DNA of 64,000 nt from Candidatus Hydrogenedentota bacterium (GTDB taxonomy: Bacteria; Hydrogenedentota; Hydrogenedentia; Hydrogenedentales; SLHB01): assembly GCA_963745075.1 (NCBI GenBank), contig CAVUWV010000010.1:32001-96000 (forward strand), given 5' to 3'. Position 1 is the stretch's first letter; the number at the start of each line of letters is the position of its first letter. Shown one piece after another: positions 1-9,003 of the stretch. The position numbers were made by a program, and so were the translations under genes. The notes beneath the pieces are model-generated. The model did not search any database, was not told the origin of the DNA, and was given only the letters and a program-made list of their open reading frames with translations.

Positions 1-253
1 GTGCGCGCCAATCGGGGCCCGAATCAAAGACGCATTCCGCCGGGACATGCCAATCATGGTGTTCGGCTATATGGGGGAACACAATCTATACATTCCAACG
101 CGCGAGTTGGTTCGCCAAAAGGCCTACCAAGGGATCGTGATCCAGATTCAGTACGCATCGCCAGTGGGCTGGGCGCCGGAAGTCGAGGATGAGATGGTCG
201 ACAACGTGTGCAGCGTCGTGAAGTCCGTCATGGCAAAGCCGGTGACCAACTGA
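1..253 (+). CDS. C-terminal part of a neutral/alkaline ceramidase-like protein (5' truncated by window)
   Basis: Frame is open from base 2: CAPIGARIKDAF...VFGYMGEHNLYIPTRE..AYQG resembles the ceramidase-like C-terminal 'GY...YIPT' motif; stop at 253. Confidence 0.5.
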   Translation, partial: CAPIGARIKDAFRRDMPIMVFGYMGEHNLYIPTRELVRQKAYQGIVIQIQYASPVGWAPEVEDEMVDNVCSVVKSVMAKPVTN

Positions 254-639
254 CCGGGGCGAGATGAAGTCGCGGGCCTTTACGGTTGTTAAGTGGACCA
301 AATCCGTCCCAGTTCGCATTTCTCACCGCCCGAGAGTCCTCGAGTTGAGGATCACGCCGTGGCGTGATGAGAAATGCTTTCGAGAAAAACTGCCACGCCC
401 CGGGCGTGGTTGAGGGAATCTCACACGCGCGCGGTAAACCCAACATGCTCGGACCGACGTGTGAAGGCTCGGGCCGGATTGGGGTTACAGGCCCGATACT
501 TGGAGCGTGTGAGATTTCCGGGCTTGCGGAAATCCATCTTCGGGGCACATCCTAGATACTTCTCCGCCCCCAAACTGGAAGAACGGCTCAGATAGGAAGC
601 GCTTAAACCTCTGGGATGAATTGAGTTGTGGCGGAGAAA

Positions 640-665
640 TAATGGTGGAGGCGGCGGGAATCGAA
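640..665 (-). repeat. Outer copy of tmRNA 3' end (attR-like core)
   Basis: TAATGGTGGAGGCGGCGGGAATCGAA is identical to 15118-15143. Confidence 0.92.
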
Positions 666-858
666 GCCGAAGAAGGGGTGTTTTGGCAACTTATTGAAAA
701 GCAAGAAGATACGACTTAAGACTATGCTGCAGAAGAACTTCGGTGAGTCTCAGGTTTTATCAGAACTTGTCATCCCTGCGCAGGTTTTTGTTTGAAAATG
801 CTCCCGTGGAGATGTGCCCTTCAAGAGGTCTCGTCATCACATTGCCATTCGCGGCGCA

Positions 859-1644
859 TCACAGCAAACGGCCCTTGAGGCTCCTCAGCAGTTCAAACCC
901 TGCGATGAGGCTTTCACCACCGGTGCATCGGGCCAGGCGTGAATAAGACATGGCCACATTCTTGACTCGTGCGTTTGGGAAGTCGGTGCTCTGACACACA
1001 TCCTTGTGAAGGCCCGTATCCTTGTCCAACCAGACAACGATCAACTCTGGGGCCTGCTGTCCATGCCGGAAAAGCTTCTTGTATGCGCTGTTCTCCGACA
1101 GCGTTGCTTCCAGCCAGCTTCCGTCTTCAAGGACAAAGTCGGGATTGTAGAGCCGGTGCGTTCTCAGCTTGAGCCCATTTTTCCCGGCGAAGTCTACATA
1201 CCAAGGATCGGGGTCCCGATGCTCGAATACAGGTTCACGCCGACAGGGTATTTCGAGCAGCATCAGAGCCTCGGCGATAAGGTGCGAGAAGATCCTCCCG
1301 CGCGCGCCGGTGCGCTGAAATGAATTCAAGTCTTGCATGCGACGCTCTTGAAATGCCGCGATGATCGGTTCCCACTTGCGGCGCGCCCTTCGTGACAGAG
1401 GTGAAGCATATCCATCCGGAGTGCGCAATACACCACACCTTTCGTGTTCACTACAAAACAAAACGTAAGCACGGTTCGAGACGCCAATGATGTCGTGATC
1501 GAACAATGCAAACCCGTGCAGGCACGTCTTAATATACCATTCCCCATGCCGTTGGTCATTTCCCCTTGATGTCGTGTGCGGACCGGCCTGGAAACCCGCT
1601 ATGATCCTGGCAAAGCTGACTGAGGCGGCGGCATGTTCGGACAT
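859..1644 (-). CDS. Hypothetical protein with PD-(D/E)XK nuclease-like motif
   Basis: 261 aa ORF; YNPDFVLEDGSWLEAT...YKKL resembles a PD...ExK core. Confidence 0.55.
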   Translation of the reverse strand: MSEHAAASVSFARIIAGFQAGPHTTSRGNDQRHGEWYIKTCLHGFALFDHDIIGVSNRAYVLFCSEHERCGVLRTPDGYASPLSRRARRKWEPIIAAFQERRMQDLNSFQRTGARGRIFSHLIAEALMLLEIPCRREPVFEHRDPDPWYVDFAGKNGLKLRTHRLYNPDFVLEDGSWLEATLSENSAYKKLFRHGQQAPELIVVWLDKDTGLHKDVCQSTDFPNARVKNVAMSYSRLARCTGGESLIAGFELLRSLKGRLL

Positions 1645-1667
1645 GCGGGAAGGATGAATCAGACGAC

Positions 1668-3017
1668 ATGAGCAAACAGCGCAAGAAGGATCCGATAATG
1701 GCGAGCATCGAACGAGCGCTCGACTTCGGCCAGTTCGTATCCTACAAACAAACGTGGGATTTCGTCAGCAACCTGGACCGGATCAAGGATCAGATTGACG
1801 CGCTCGTTGACGAGGGTGACGCGGAACGAACGGTCAGACTCTACGAACTATTCCTTGCGGGTGTATACGAGAAGGCCGAGGAAACCGACGATTCGGGCGG
1901 CGAACTCGGAGCGTTCTTCGAGAGGCTGTTTGTATCTTGGATCATCGCCCGGCAAAAGACCGGATGCGCGGCTGAAGAGACTGTGCTCGAGATCCTCGGC
2001 TGGATAGAGAACGATAACTATGGCTTTTGCCATGGAATCGAAGGGGAGGTGGCGCGAACGCTCAACAGAGAGGGGTTTGCCCTATTCAGAAGCCACTTCC
2101 GGAATCTGTTCGAGAAGGCCTTCGCACCTTTCAAGTGCGAGGCGCCAAGGCGTATCTACGATTATCCCGCTGAGGTGTGCCTGTCCGCCCGTGTGCTCAA
2201 GTCCATCTACATTGCGAAGAGGGATGTGCCCTCCTATGTCGCCCTTTGCGAAATGATGACCGTTTCTCCGAAAGATTGTGAAGAGGTGGGCAACATGCAC
2301 AAGACCAGGCGGCGCTTTGCCGAGGCGCTCGAGTGGGTCGAGCGCGGGCTGTCACTTGAGCATGAACGTCACTGGGGGAATGAGTCTAGCAATTCTCTTG
2401 CCTTCATACGGCGGGAGCTCCTCGAAAAGGTCGGGCGCAAAGAAGAGGCGTTTCAAGTTGCCTGGGAACAGTTCGAAAAACACCCTTGCGAATACGCCTA
2501 CGCGGATCTGATGAAGCACGTGGCCGGGGAAGATCGGGAGCATTGGCACGACAAGGCCATGGAAGCCGCCAAGCGAACTTCGTTGTCTGGGTACATCGAA
2601 ATCTGCGCGAAAACCAAGGAGTGGGATGCCTTGGTGCGCCACGTCGATTCCGTCACACGGGAGGAACTCGAAAGCGTGAGCCACTATGTGACAGAAAAGG
2701 CGGCCAAGGGGCTTGAAAGGCGCCACGCGTTGGCGGCCGCCAAGGTGTATGCCGCCCTCGGCATGCGGATTGTCAAGGAGGGCAAGAGCAAGTATTATCA
2801 ATATGCCCTCGGCCACCTCCGGAACGCGAAGAAGTTCGCGGAAAGGGCCGGCCATACCGAAATGTGGTCATCGTTGATAGAAGAAGTGCGCAAGAATCAC
2901 TCGCGAAAACAAGGTTTCATTCCGGGTTTCGAGGAAATCGCGGCGGGACGGCGGCCGGCTTCCGACTCCTTCGAGAAGAGAGCGAGGAAACGGTGGAAGA
3001 AACAGGTGTCGCAATAG
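1668..3017 (+). CDS. DUF6880-like alpha-helical/TPR protein
   Basis: 449 aa; DDSGGELG motif and helical repeats; C-terminal 'YY.YA...L...H.RK..F' pattern. Confidence 0.7.
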   Translation: MSKQRKKDPIMASIERALDFGQFVSYKQTWDFVSNLDRIKDQIDALVDEGDAERTVRLYELFLAGVYEKAEETDDSGGELGAFFERLFVSWIIARQKTGCAAEETVLEILGWIENDNYGFCHGIEGEVARTLNREGFALFRSHFRNLFEKAFAPFKCEAPRRIYDYPAEVCLSARVLKSIYIAKRDVPSYVALCEMMTVSPKDCEEVGNMHKTRRRFAEALEWVERGLSLEHERHWGNESSNSLAFIRRELLEKVGRKEEAFQVAWEQFEKHPCEYAYADLMKHVAGEDREHWHDKAMEAAKRTSLSGYIEICAKTKEWDALVRHVDSVTREELESVSHYVTEKAAKGLERRHALAAAKVYAALGMRIVKEGKSKYYQYALGHLRNAKKFAERAGHTEMWSSLIEEVRKNHSRKQGFIPGFEEIAAGRRPASDSFEKRARKRWKKQVSQ

Positions 3018-3080
3018 CGCCGGGCTCGACGCGGGAAAGGCGGAAATGAACGTGCCTCCTAACGTTCAGAAGGAAGAGGG

Positions 3081-4298
3081 ATGAAGCGACCACATCAATG
3101 GCAGTTTCGGGCACGCTTCAGAACAAACGCCTATACCTGGCGTGGCACGGCCCTTGCCTCGAAACGCTTGAAGGAAGCCGTCGTGGAGATCACGAATGCG
3201 TCCAAGTCCGACCCTGTGGCCGCCGGGGACGGTTGCGTTGCGCTCATGGAGCGCCTATGGCCCGCGCTTCAAAGCATCGATAGTTCCTCCGGCGCGCTCG
3301 GGAACGCTGTCAACCGGACCCTCCACGACCTGATCCCCATTCTGATCGCCGCCCCCTGCGGCCGGGAGCTTCGCGCAGAATGGATCGAGCGCTTGTATCA
3401 GGCCGTCTGCGACGACGGCGTGCAGTACTTGACACCGGTGGAAGAACGCTGGGGGGAGGTGTGCGTCTTCCCCGAACTCGCCAATGAATGGGCCGAGAGG
3501 ATTCTCCCGCTGCTTCGCGAAGTATGGTCCGCCCGCCGTCCGGGCGCTCACGTGCGCGGCGACACGCTGTGCCTCTCGTGTCTTCTGGAGACCGGGCGCT
3601 ACGTGGAATTGGGCGAAGTGCTCTCGCTGCGCGGCGTTCGTTTCTGGCCGAACGATCAGTTCTTGGCGGAAGCAATGGCACGTGAAGGAAGAATCGACGA
3701 GGCTGTCGCGTACGCCGAAGCCCATCACGACGAACACTACGAGCGTCCCGGGATTATCGCGTTCTGCGAGCGGATTCTTCTGGAATCCGGCCGAGAGGAG
3801 GAGGCCTACCGGAAATTCGGCCTGTTCGCCGTCAACGCAACAACGCATCTGAGCGCGTTCCGGAAGACCGCCGCACAGTATCCCGAAAAGGACCGCCGCC
3901 AAGTCTTGCTGGACCTGATTGAGGCGCGCGGGAACAAGGGGAAGTGGTTCGCCGCCGCGAAAGACGCCGGATTCCTGGACATTGCCCTCGAATGCGCCCA
4001 AACAGGCGACACGGAACCGAAAACGCTGATCCGGGCCGCGCGGGATTTCGAGGAAACGGAGCCTGAATTCGCAGTGAACGTCGCACTCTGTGCGGTTCAA
4101 ATCCTGCTGCGCGGCGGGGGCTATGAACCATCGGCGGTGGACATACAAGAGGCATACGACTACCTGATAGCCGCGGCAAGGCGGTTGGGGCGCGCGGAGT
4201 GGGCGAGAACCGGGTTGGAACACCTGTTGTCCGACACGGAGCAGAACATCGAGCCGCAAATGAAGAAGGTGCTGGAGATGCGCCTTTGCCTGGGCTAG
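3081..4298 (+). CDS. Conserved hypothetical TPR-like protein (WQFRARFR family)
   Basis: 405 aa with RBS; DSSSGALG and GKWFAAAKDAG motifs. Confidence 0.7.
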   Translation: MKRPHQWQFRARFRTNAYTWRGTALASKRLKEAVVEITNASKSDPVAAGDGCVALMERLWPALQSIDSSSGALGNAVNRTLHDLIPILIAAPCGRELRAEWIERLYQAVCDDGVQYLTPVEERWGEVCVFPELANEWAERILPLLREVWSARRPGAHVRGDTLCLSCLLETGRYVELGEVLSLRGVRFWPNDQFLAEAMAREGRIDEAVAYAEAHHDEHYERPGIIAFCERILLESGREEEAYRKFGLFAVNATTHLSAFRKTAAQYPEKDRRQVLLDLIEARGNKGKWFAAAKDAGFLDIALECAQTGDTEPKTLIRAARDFEETEPEFAVNVALCAVQILLRGGGYEPSAVDIQEAYDYLIAAARRLGRAEWARTGLEHLLSDTEQNIEPQMKKVLEMRLCLG

Positions 4299-4702
4299 CT
4301 GTTCGCTTCCCAGACTGTGTACTCTCTCACGGGCCAGTAGTTCTTGTCCTCCTTGGGCGTCACTTCCAGATCGGCCAGCGGGACAACGCCTCTTGCCCTC
4401 CTTTCTCGAACGCTTACGAGAATGCCGAATCGCGATAGGTCGTCATCCATGAGATCGACGACATCCATCGCATGACCAAGTCTGAATGGATCTCTGTCTG
4501 CAACGTCAGTGAAGTAGGCATCATCATCGTCTTCCACGCGCGTGGCCTTGAAAGGAAAGGAGAGATTCTCCCGAAGCCATGCCTTCCAATCGCGGCAGGC
4601 CCATTCTTCGCATTTCAAGTCAAAGGCGTCTTCGCTCCGCGGATGGCACCCGGTATCATCCTCCATCAGATCCCAGGAGTCATCGTAGGGGTTCTCTATC
4701 AT
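4295..4702 (-). CDS. CcbP-like calcium-binding domain protein
   Basis: W..WL.ENLSFPF ... GILV ... PLADLE ... YTVWEAN; GGAGG RBS before ATG at 4702. Confidence 0.7.
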   Translation of the reverse strand: MIENPYDDSWDLMEDDTGCHPRSEDAFDLKCEEWACRDWKAWLRENLSFPFKATRVEDDDDAYFTDVADRDPFRLGHAMDVVDLMDDDLSRFGILVSVRERRARGVVPLADLEVTPKEDKNYWPVREYTVWEANS

Positions 4703-4753
4703 AACTATTTCCTCCGAATTTTCGCAGTGCCCAGCCCGAAGCACTGCGCCGCG

Positions 4754-5686
4754 CTATGTGATTTGCCCACAGCATTTCTTGTACTTCTTGCCGCTTCCGC
4801 AGGGGCAGGGCGCATTCGGTTTGACTCTGGCGGGGCGCTGGGGTGGGAAGGGGGCGGCCTGTTCTATCCGGGGCGTAGGACGCGTTGCGGGCATCGTCCC
4901 CCGTTTGGACTGTTTGGGTTGCTTGAAACAGGCCCACCACTCCATCTCATCGGCCACGTTCTCGATATAGGTATGTCGCCCCTTGCGGAGGTCATCGAGT
5001 ACGGATTCCTTATTCCTTTTCGACGCTCTCTCGACATTCCGAAGCGAGATGAACCATCCGTCGACGAGGCCCTCCTTGAATGCCGCGGTGATATGCTCGG
5101 AAACCTCCTCCGGATGGAGAGCCGTGGCGCAGGCGACCAGTGAATCCCAGGCGTGGGAGTAAGAACGTTCAAGCCTCCCCTCGAAAAGACCCTTGAAGTA
5201 GGCCATGACCTCGCCGCGGCTCTTGTCGCCCTCGGCCACAAGCACCAGCAACGAGTTCAGCGCGGCACTGCGCGCGTATTCGCCAACTTCCCCGTCCTCA
5301 ATCAGTTCCTCGATCGGCCCCGTGTCGCCATCGCACACCGAGGCTAGAACGCGGCAGAGTCCCTCAGTGACAAAATCTCCGGCGAGCGCGTCGAGCAGGT
5401 CCTCTTCTAAGCGCGCGAAACGCACCACCAACGGATAGGCGTGCGCTTCCCTAAACTGGGCCAAGAGGTACATGGCATAGAGGTGCGCGAAATAGGCGCC
5501 ATCCGCGTCTTCGGCCACAATCTCCTTGGCCCTGGCAACCGTATCTTCGAGAATCCGCAGCAGCTCGGGGGTGATCTCCTCACGCGCCTCCACAGCCGCC
5601 TCGACGGCCTTCCTCGGAAACGTGCCAGTGTTCCGTTCAAGCTCTTTCAGGATTTGGGTGATTCCCACCGCTTCACAAGTCCTCAC
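4754..5686 (-). CDS. DUF1186 domain protein with C-terminal SEC-C motif
   Basis: HLYAMYLLAQFRE, GDFVTE, and NAPCPCGSGKKYKKCCG. Confidence 0.85.
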   Translation of the reverse strand: MRTCEAVGITQILKELERNTGTFPRKAVEAAVEAREEITPELLRILEDTVARAKEIVAEDADGAYFAHLYAMYLLAQFREAHAYPLVVRFARLEEDLLDALAGDFVTEGLCRVLASVCDGDTGPIEELIEDGEVGEYARSAALNSLLVLVAEGDKSRGEVMAYFKGLFEGRLERSYSHAWDSLVACATALHPEEVSEHITAAFKEGLVDGWFISLRNVERASKRNKESVLDDLRKGRHTYIENVADEMEWWACFKQPKQSKRGTMPATRPTPRIEQAAPFPPQRPARVKPNAPCPCGSGKKYKKCCGQIT

Positions 5687-5689
5687 GTT

Positions 5690-6370
5690 CTATCGGTTGG
5701 CAAACCATACAGCATAGTCCCGCAACGGCAAGAATGCCGGAGACTCGCGCGGGAACGCCTCGAGTTCGCACAACGGGACGGCCCTCTTTCGCCAACCATG
5801 TTTGACGCGTACGATAACACCCATGAGCTCGTCCACATCATCGACGGCCAACACGCACACTGTGTCGCCATCAGCCAAGGGACCGCACTCCTGGGATTCG
5901 CAAACCTTGGCGTCAAAAGGAAAGGTCAACGTTTTCCCAAGATATTCACTCCATGCCGTAATCACCTCCCACGGATCGTCTGGGTCCAATCCCTCCATAA
6001 CATCGAGAATGCGCCTGCCCTGGGCTCCCATGTCCAGCCAAAGGCTGTTGAAATCCAGAGTTCGCGCGTTTCGTTCGGTATCCGCTTCGCTATCGCGCGG
6101 TTGAGCGCGCTCCACTTCTTCCATCCCAAGATACATCGCCCTACAGTCGAGGCCTTGTGCTACGCCGCCGGCCAAGAAATCCTTCGGCATGGCGGCCACG
6201 GTAACGCTGTCCCACTTGGCGCCGACCATTGGCTCATCGTCCCATAGTTCGACGCAGAATAACCTTCCCTTCCACCCCGCAAGCGACAGACCCTCGAAGT
6301 CGGGGCACATGACGCCCTGCTTGACACGGACACAATCACCCTCGTGAAAACACTCGCTCTCTGCGGCCAT
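5690..6370 (-). CDS. CcbP-like protein with N-terminal SH3-like beta domain
   Basis: GDCVRVK...GWKG N-terminus; W..YL...LTFPF...PLCELE...YAVWFAN C-terminus. Confidence 0.7.
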   Translation of the reverse strand: MAAESECFHEGDCVRVKQGVMCPDFEGLSLAGWKGRLFCVELWDDEPMVGAKWDSVTVAAMPKDFLAGGVAQGLDCRAMYLGMEEVERAQPRDSEADTERNARTLDFNSLWLDMGAQGRRILDVMEGLDPDDPWEVITAWSEYLGKTLTFPFDAKVCESQECGPLADGDTVCVLAVDDVDELMGVIVRVKHGWRKRAVPLCELEAFPRESPAFLPLRDYAVWFANR

Positions 6371-6381
6371 GTTCCCCTCCA

Positions 6382-6630
6382 CTATTTCAAGTCTGCAAAT
6401 TCCTCGCGTGCAAGCAAGACCCGGATGCTGCGCGGCTGTCCGGGAATCCGCCCAATGAATCCGTTCTTCTCCAGCGTCACCACCATCTGATGCACACTCG
6501 GCGCGCTAACGTTGAAATACCGTTGCATGTCGGCTTCTGCCGGCGGCCGGCCAGTCACTTTGGTATAGTAGTGGATAAAGGCCAGATACTGGCCCTGTTT
6601 CTCGGTGGGTTTGGATTCCATTCCCTTCAC
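6382..6630 (-). CDS. LexA-type DNA-binding winged-helix protein (no protease domain)
   Basis: TEKQGQYLAFI...RPPAEADM...SVHQMVVTLEKNGFI.R.PGQPRSI. Confidence 0.85.
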   Translation of the reverse strand: MKGMESKPTEKQGQYLAFIHYYTKVTGRPPAEADMQRYFNVSAPSVHQMVVTLEKNGFIGRIPGQPRSIRVLLAREEFADLK

Positions 6631-6692
6631 ACTCCCTTATTCATCTCTCGGGCGCATCGTAGATCGACAGGAATCTCATGGAACTACTCGGA

Positions 6693-7997
6693 CTACTCCG
6701 GCATGTTGAGCAGGAACCGCCATGCCGGCACGACCTCGATGGTTCCGCCCTCAACGTCGAACTGTTCCTCCTTATTGCGGGTCACGATTGTCCCTGACCC
6801 GACGCCCAATTCCGCCATCGCTTCGCTCAAAGCAACGGTCTCTCTGTTTCGTGTCTGCGGCTCGGCGAGCGACTCGCACACCTGTACCAGGAGCGGGGAA
6901 CGGCCACGCGATGGGACGATGAAATCGACCTCCTTGCCGGTCTTCGTCCCATAGTAGTAGATGTCTGGTTGGCTGCGCCGAAGCGCCGTGAATACAAGGT
7001 TCTTCAGAAGATGCCCGGAGTTGATGAGCACGCCCGACGATACCGAAGTGACCATGGCGTGATCGATGCAATATACCTTCTTCGGGTTCGTGTTGCGGCG
7101 GGCGAGCGAGGCGTCGAATATCTGCACGGTGAACAGGAAGTAGGCGTCCTCGAACCACTCCAGGAAATCCGATACGGCCGTCCTTGGCGCATGATGCCCC
7201 AGTGATTGTAGATATCCGGTTAAGCGGTTGATGGAATAGACTGATGCCGTGTTGTCCACCAGCCAATGAGCCAGATCGCTCACCGCTTTCGGGTGCGCAA
7301 TGTCGTGACGCTCCACAAGGTCACGAAACAGAACTGCCTGGAAGTATTCTTGGTGCGTTTTAATCCTCAAGTTCTCACTGAGGCCGATGACCTCGGGAAA
7401 ACCACCGGTTGCCCAATATTCCTCAAAGGCCTTCTGGATGAGAAGCCGCTTCTTCGTTGACAGACCTCCCTCGCTGTCCATTCCTCGGCTGTCAAGAAAC
7501 TCACGGAAGGAGAACGGAAACAACTCCCAAGACAACGCTCGCCCGCGCATCTGCGTAGCGATCTCTTTCGACAGCATTCTGGTCGAGGATCCCGTGAGAT
7601 AGACCTCGCATTTCTCCGTGCGAATCATGCGATCGACAAAAGGTTCCCAACCCGGAACGGCTTGTATCTCGTCGAAAAAACAGTAAACCGTTTCTTCACC
7701 CTTCTTTTCCGGGTAGATGGAGTAATAGGATTCGGCGATCAGAGCTAGATTCTCATGCTGCAGATTGTGGAGGCGGTCGTCGAAGAAGTTCAGATACAGA
7801 ATATTCTGTCGCGAAACCTCGCTGTCCATCAGCCCCTGAATAAGCTGGAACAGGAAGGTGGACTTCCCGCTCCGGCGCACGCCGATACAAACGGTGGCTT
7901 TCCCATGAACCGGCTCTACATGCAAACGGCGGGGCACCCCCGTTTCCAATTGGGCCTCCTGAAAGTCCAGGATGATGCTCTTTATCGTCTCCATCAT
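6693..7997 (-). CDS. AAA+ ATP-binding protein (AAA_14 + DUF4143)
   Basis: GVRRSGKS Walker A, FFDEIQ Walker B, LTGSS, GGFPE, EVDF..VQVC. Confidence 0.9.
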   Translation of the reverse strand: MMETIKSIILDFQEAQLETGVPRRLHVEPVHGKATVCIGVRRSGKSTFLFQLIQGLMDSEVSRQNILYLNFFDDRLHNLQHENLALIAESYYSIYPEKKGEETVYCFFDEIQAVPGWEPFVDRMIRTEKCEVYLTGSSTRMLSKEIATQMRGRALSWELFPFSFREFLDSRGMDSEGGLSTKKRLLIQKAFEEYWATGGFPEVIGLSENLRIKTHQEYFQAVLFRDLVERHDIAHPKAVSDLAHWLVDNTASVYSINRLTGYLQSLGHHAPRTAVSDFLEWFEDAYFLFTVQIFDASLARRNTNPKKVYCIDHAMVTSVSSGVLINSGHLLKNLVFTALRRSQPDIYYYGTKTGKEVDFIVPSRGRSPLLVQVCESLAEPQTRNRETVALSEAMAELGVGSGTIVTRNKEEQFDVEGGTIEVVPAWRFLLNMPE

Positions 7998-8575
7998 TTG
8001 ACTAATCCTGTCTCAGAAGTTTCCGATATGGTACCTAACTGCGAGTGAATATGCGCAGTTTACCCTGGCGTTGTCAAGACAGGATGCCGGATTCGACCTC
8101 GCCACGTTCCCCCCGCTACTTGTCGTCTTGCAGTCCTTGTCGCAGGCTTGATCCGAGGCGCAAACAAAGGGACGCGGGAATCAGTACGGATCGCGGTATG
8201 ATCTTGTAGCGAGTGTGAATTCCAGTTCGGCACTCTGCAACGCTTCCGCTTCACTGCCCAAGTGGCGCTCTTTGGCTCCGGCGACGAGACCACGTTGAAA
8301 GACAGAGCGTAAGACTCAGAACGGCAATTGGTTAGAGCGTGCAGGCGCAGAAGTGATAACTGAAAACGGCATCTGGATCATCGGATTCCTCAAGGATAAG
8401 GATAGTGATCGACGGCATGCTTACGCATGCTCACCTCGCACATGCGCGGCAGTCAACACCTAGAAATGCTCCCATTTTGGTCCCGCCACGGAAATGGCGT
8501 ATCAATGGGATGTGCAACGACCGCATTTTCAGCCAAGGCTGCTTGGGCTTTGTAGACGAATAATAATAGTTAACT

Positions 8576-8863
8576 ATGGTGAAGGCGGCGGGAATCGAAC
8601 CCTCTCTGGAAATCGATACATTTGCTGCACTTTTCCTACAGAACCCATACACAAACCACCCATCGCAAACAGCTTGCGAGGCGCTGATCGACACTTTCCG
8701 TACACTTCCCGAACAGAACCGCGACACTTTCTTGCGGCTCGTTTGTGCAATATATGTGCAATGGAATGCGCTACCGCCCTCAATCCAAAACATGATCAAT
8801 GACTGGACCTTATTGCCAGAGGAGGTCAAGGAACGCGTTGAAAGAATGGTGGAGCGGCAGTAG
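8576..8863 (+). CDS. Small hypothetical protein starting inside the att core
   Basis: 95 aa ORF with an amphipathic helical C-terminus (WTLLPEEVKERVERMV); may be partly spurious. Confidence 0.35.
   Translation: MVKAAGIEPSLEIDTFAALFLQNPYTNHPSQTACEALIDTFRTLPEQNRDTFLRLVCAIYVQWNALPPSIQNMINDWTLLPEEVKERVERMVERQ
8577..8602 (-). repeat. Middle copy of tmRNA 3' end (att core between the islets)
   Basis: TGGTGAAGGCGGCGGGAATCGAACCC matches 15121-15146 at 25/26. Confidence 0.92.
8744..8764. promoter_or_regulatory. Putative arm-type integrase binding site pair, islet B left end
   Basis: TGTGCAATATATGTGCAATGG, TGTGCAAT repeated at an 11-bp period; 20/21 identical to 14966-14986. Confidence 0.6.
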
Positions 8864-9003
8864 GTGGGGTATTGAATGAGCGAATCCTACCTGCTGAGAA
8901 TGAAGTAAGATGACGAGTTGGTGCATCATTGCCTTGAAAAGAAGCCGGGGATCTGTGTGAGTGCCTCCGCGATGAACTGGGATAGACTGATGGAACGGAA
9001 GAA

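Larger units (their letters stand above)
643..8602. mobile_element. Genomic islet A (outer) at tmRNA 3' end, no integrase gene
   Basis: Bounded by direct repeats of the tmRNA 3' end; accessory-type cargo; AAATGCTCCC near both ends. Confidence 0.8.

Noticed and set aside
640..665. tRNA genes at 640-665 and 8577-8602
   Set aside because: Only 3' T-arm/acceptor fragments matching tmRNA; no D or anticodon arms
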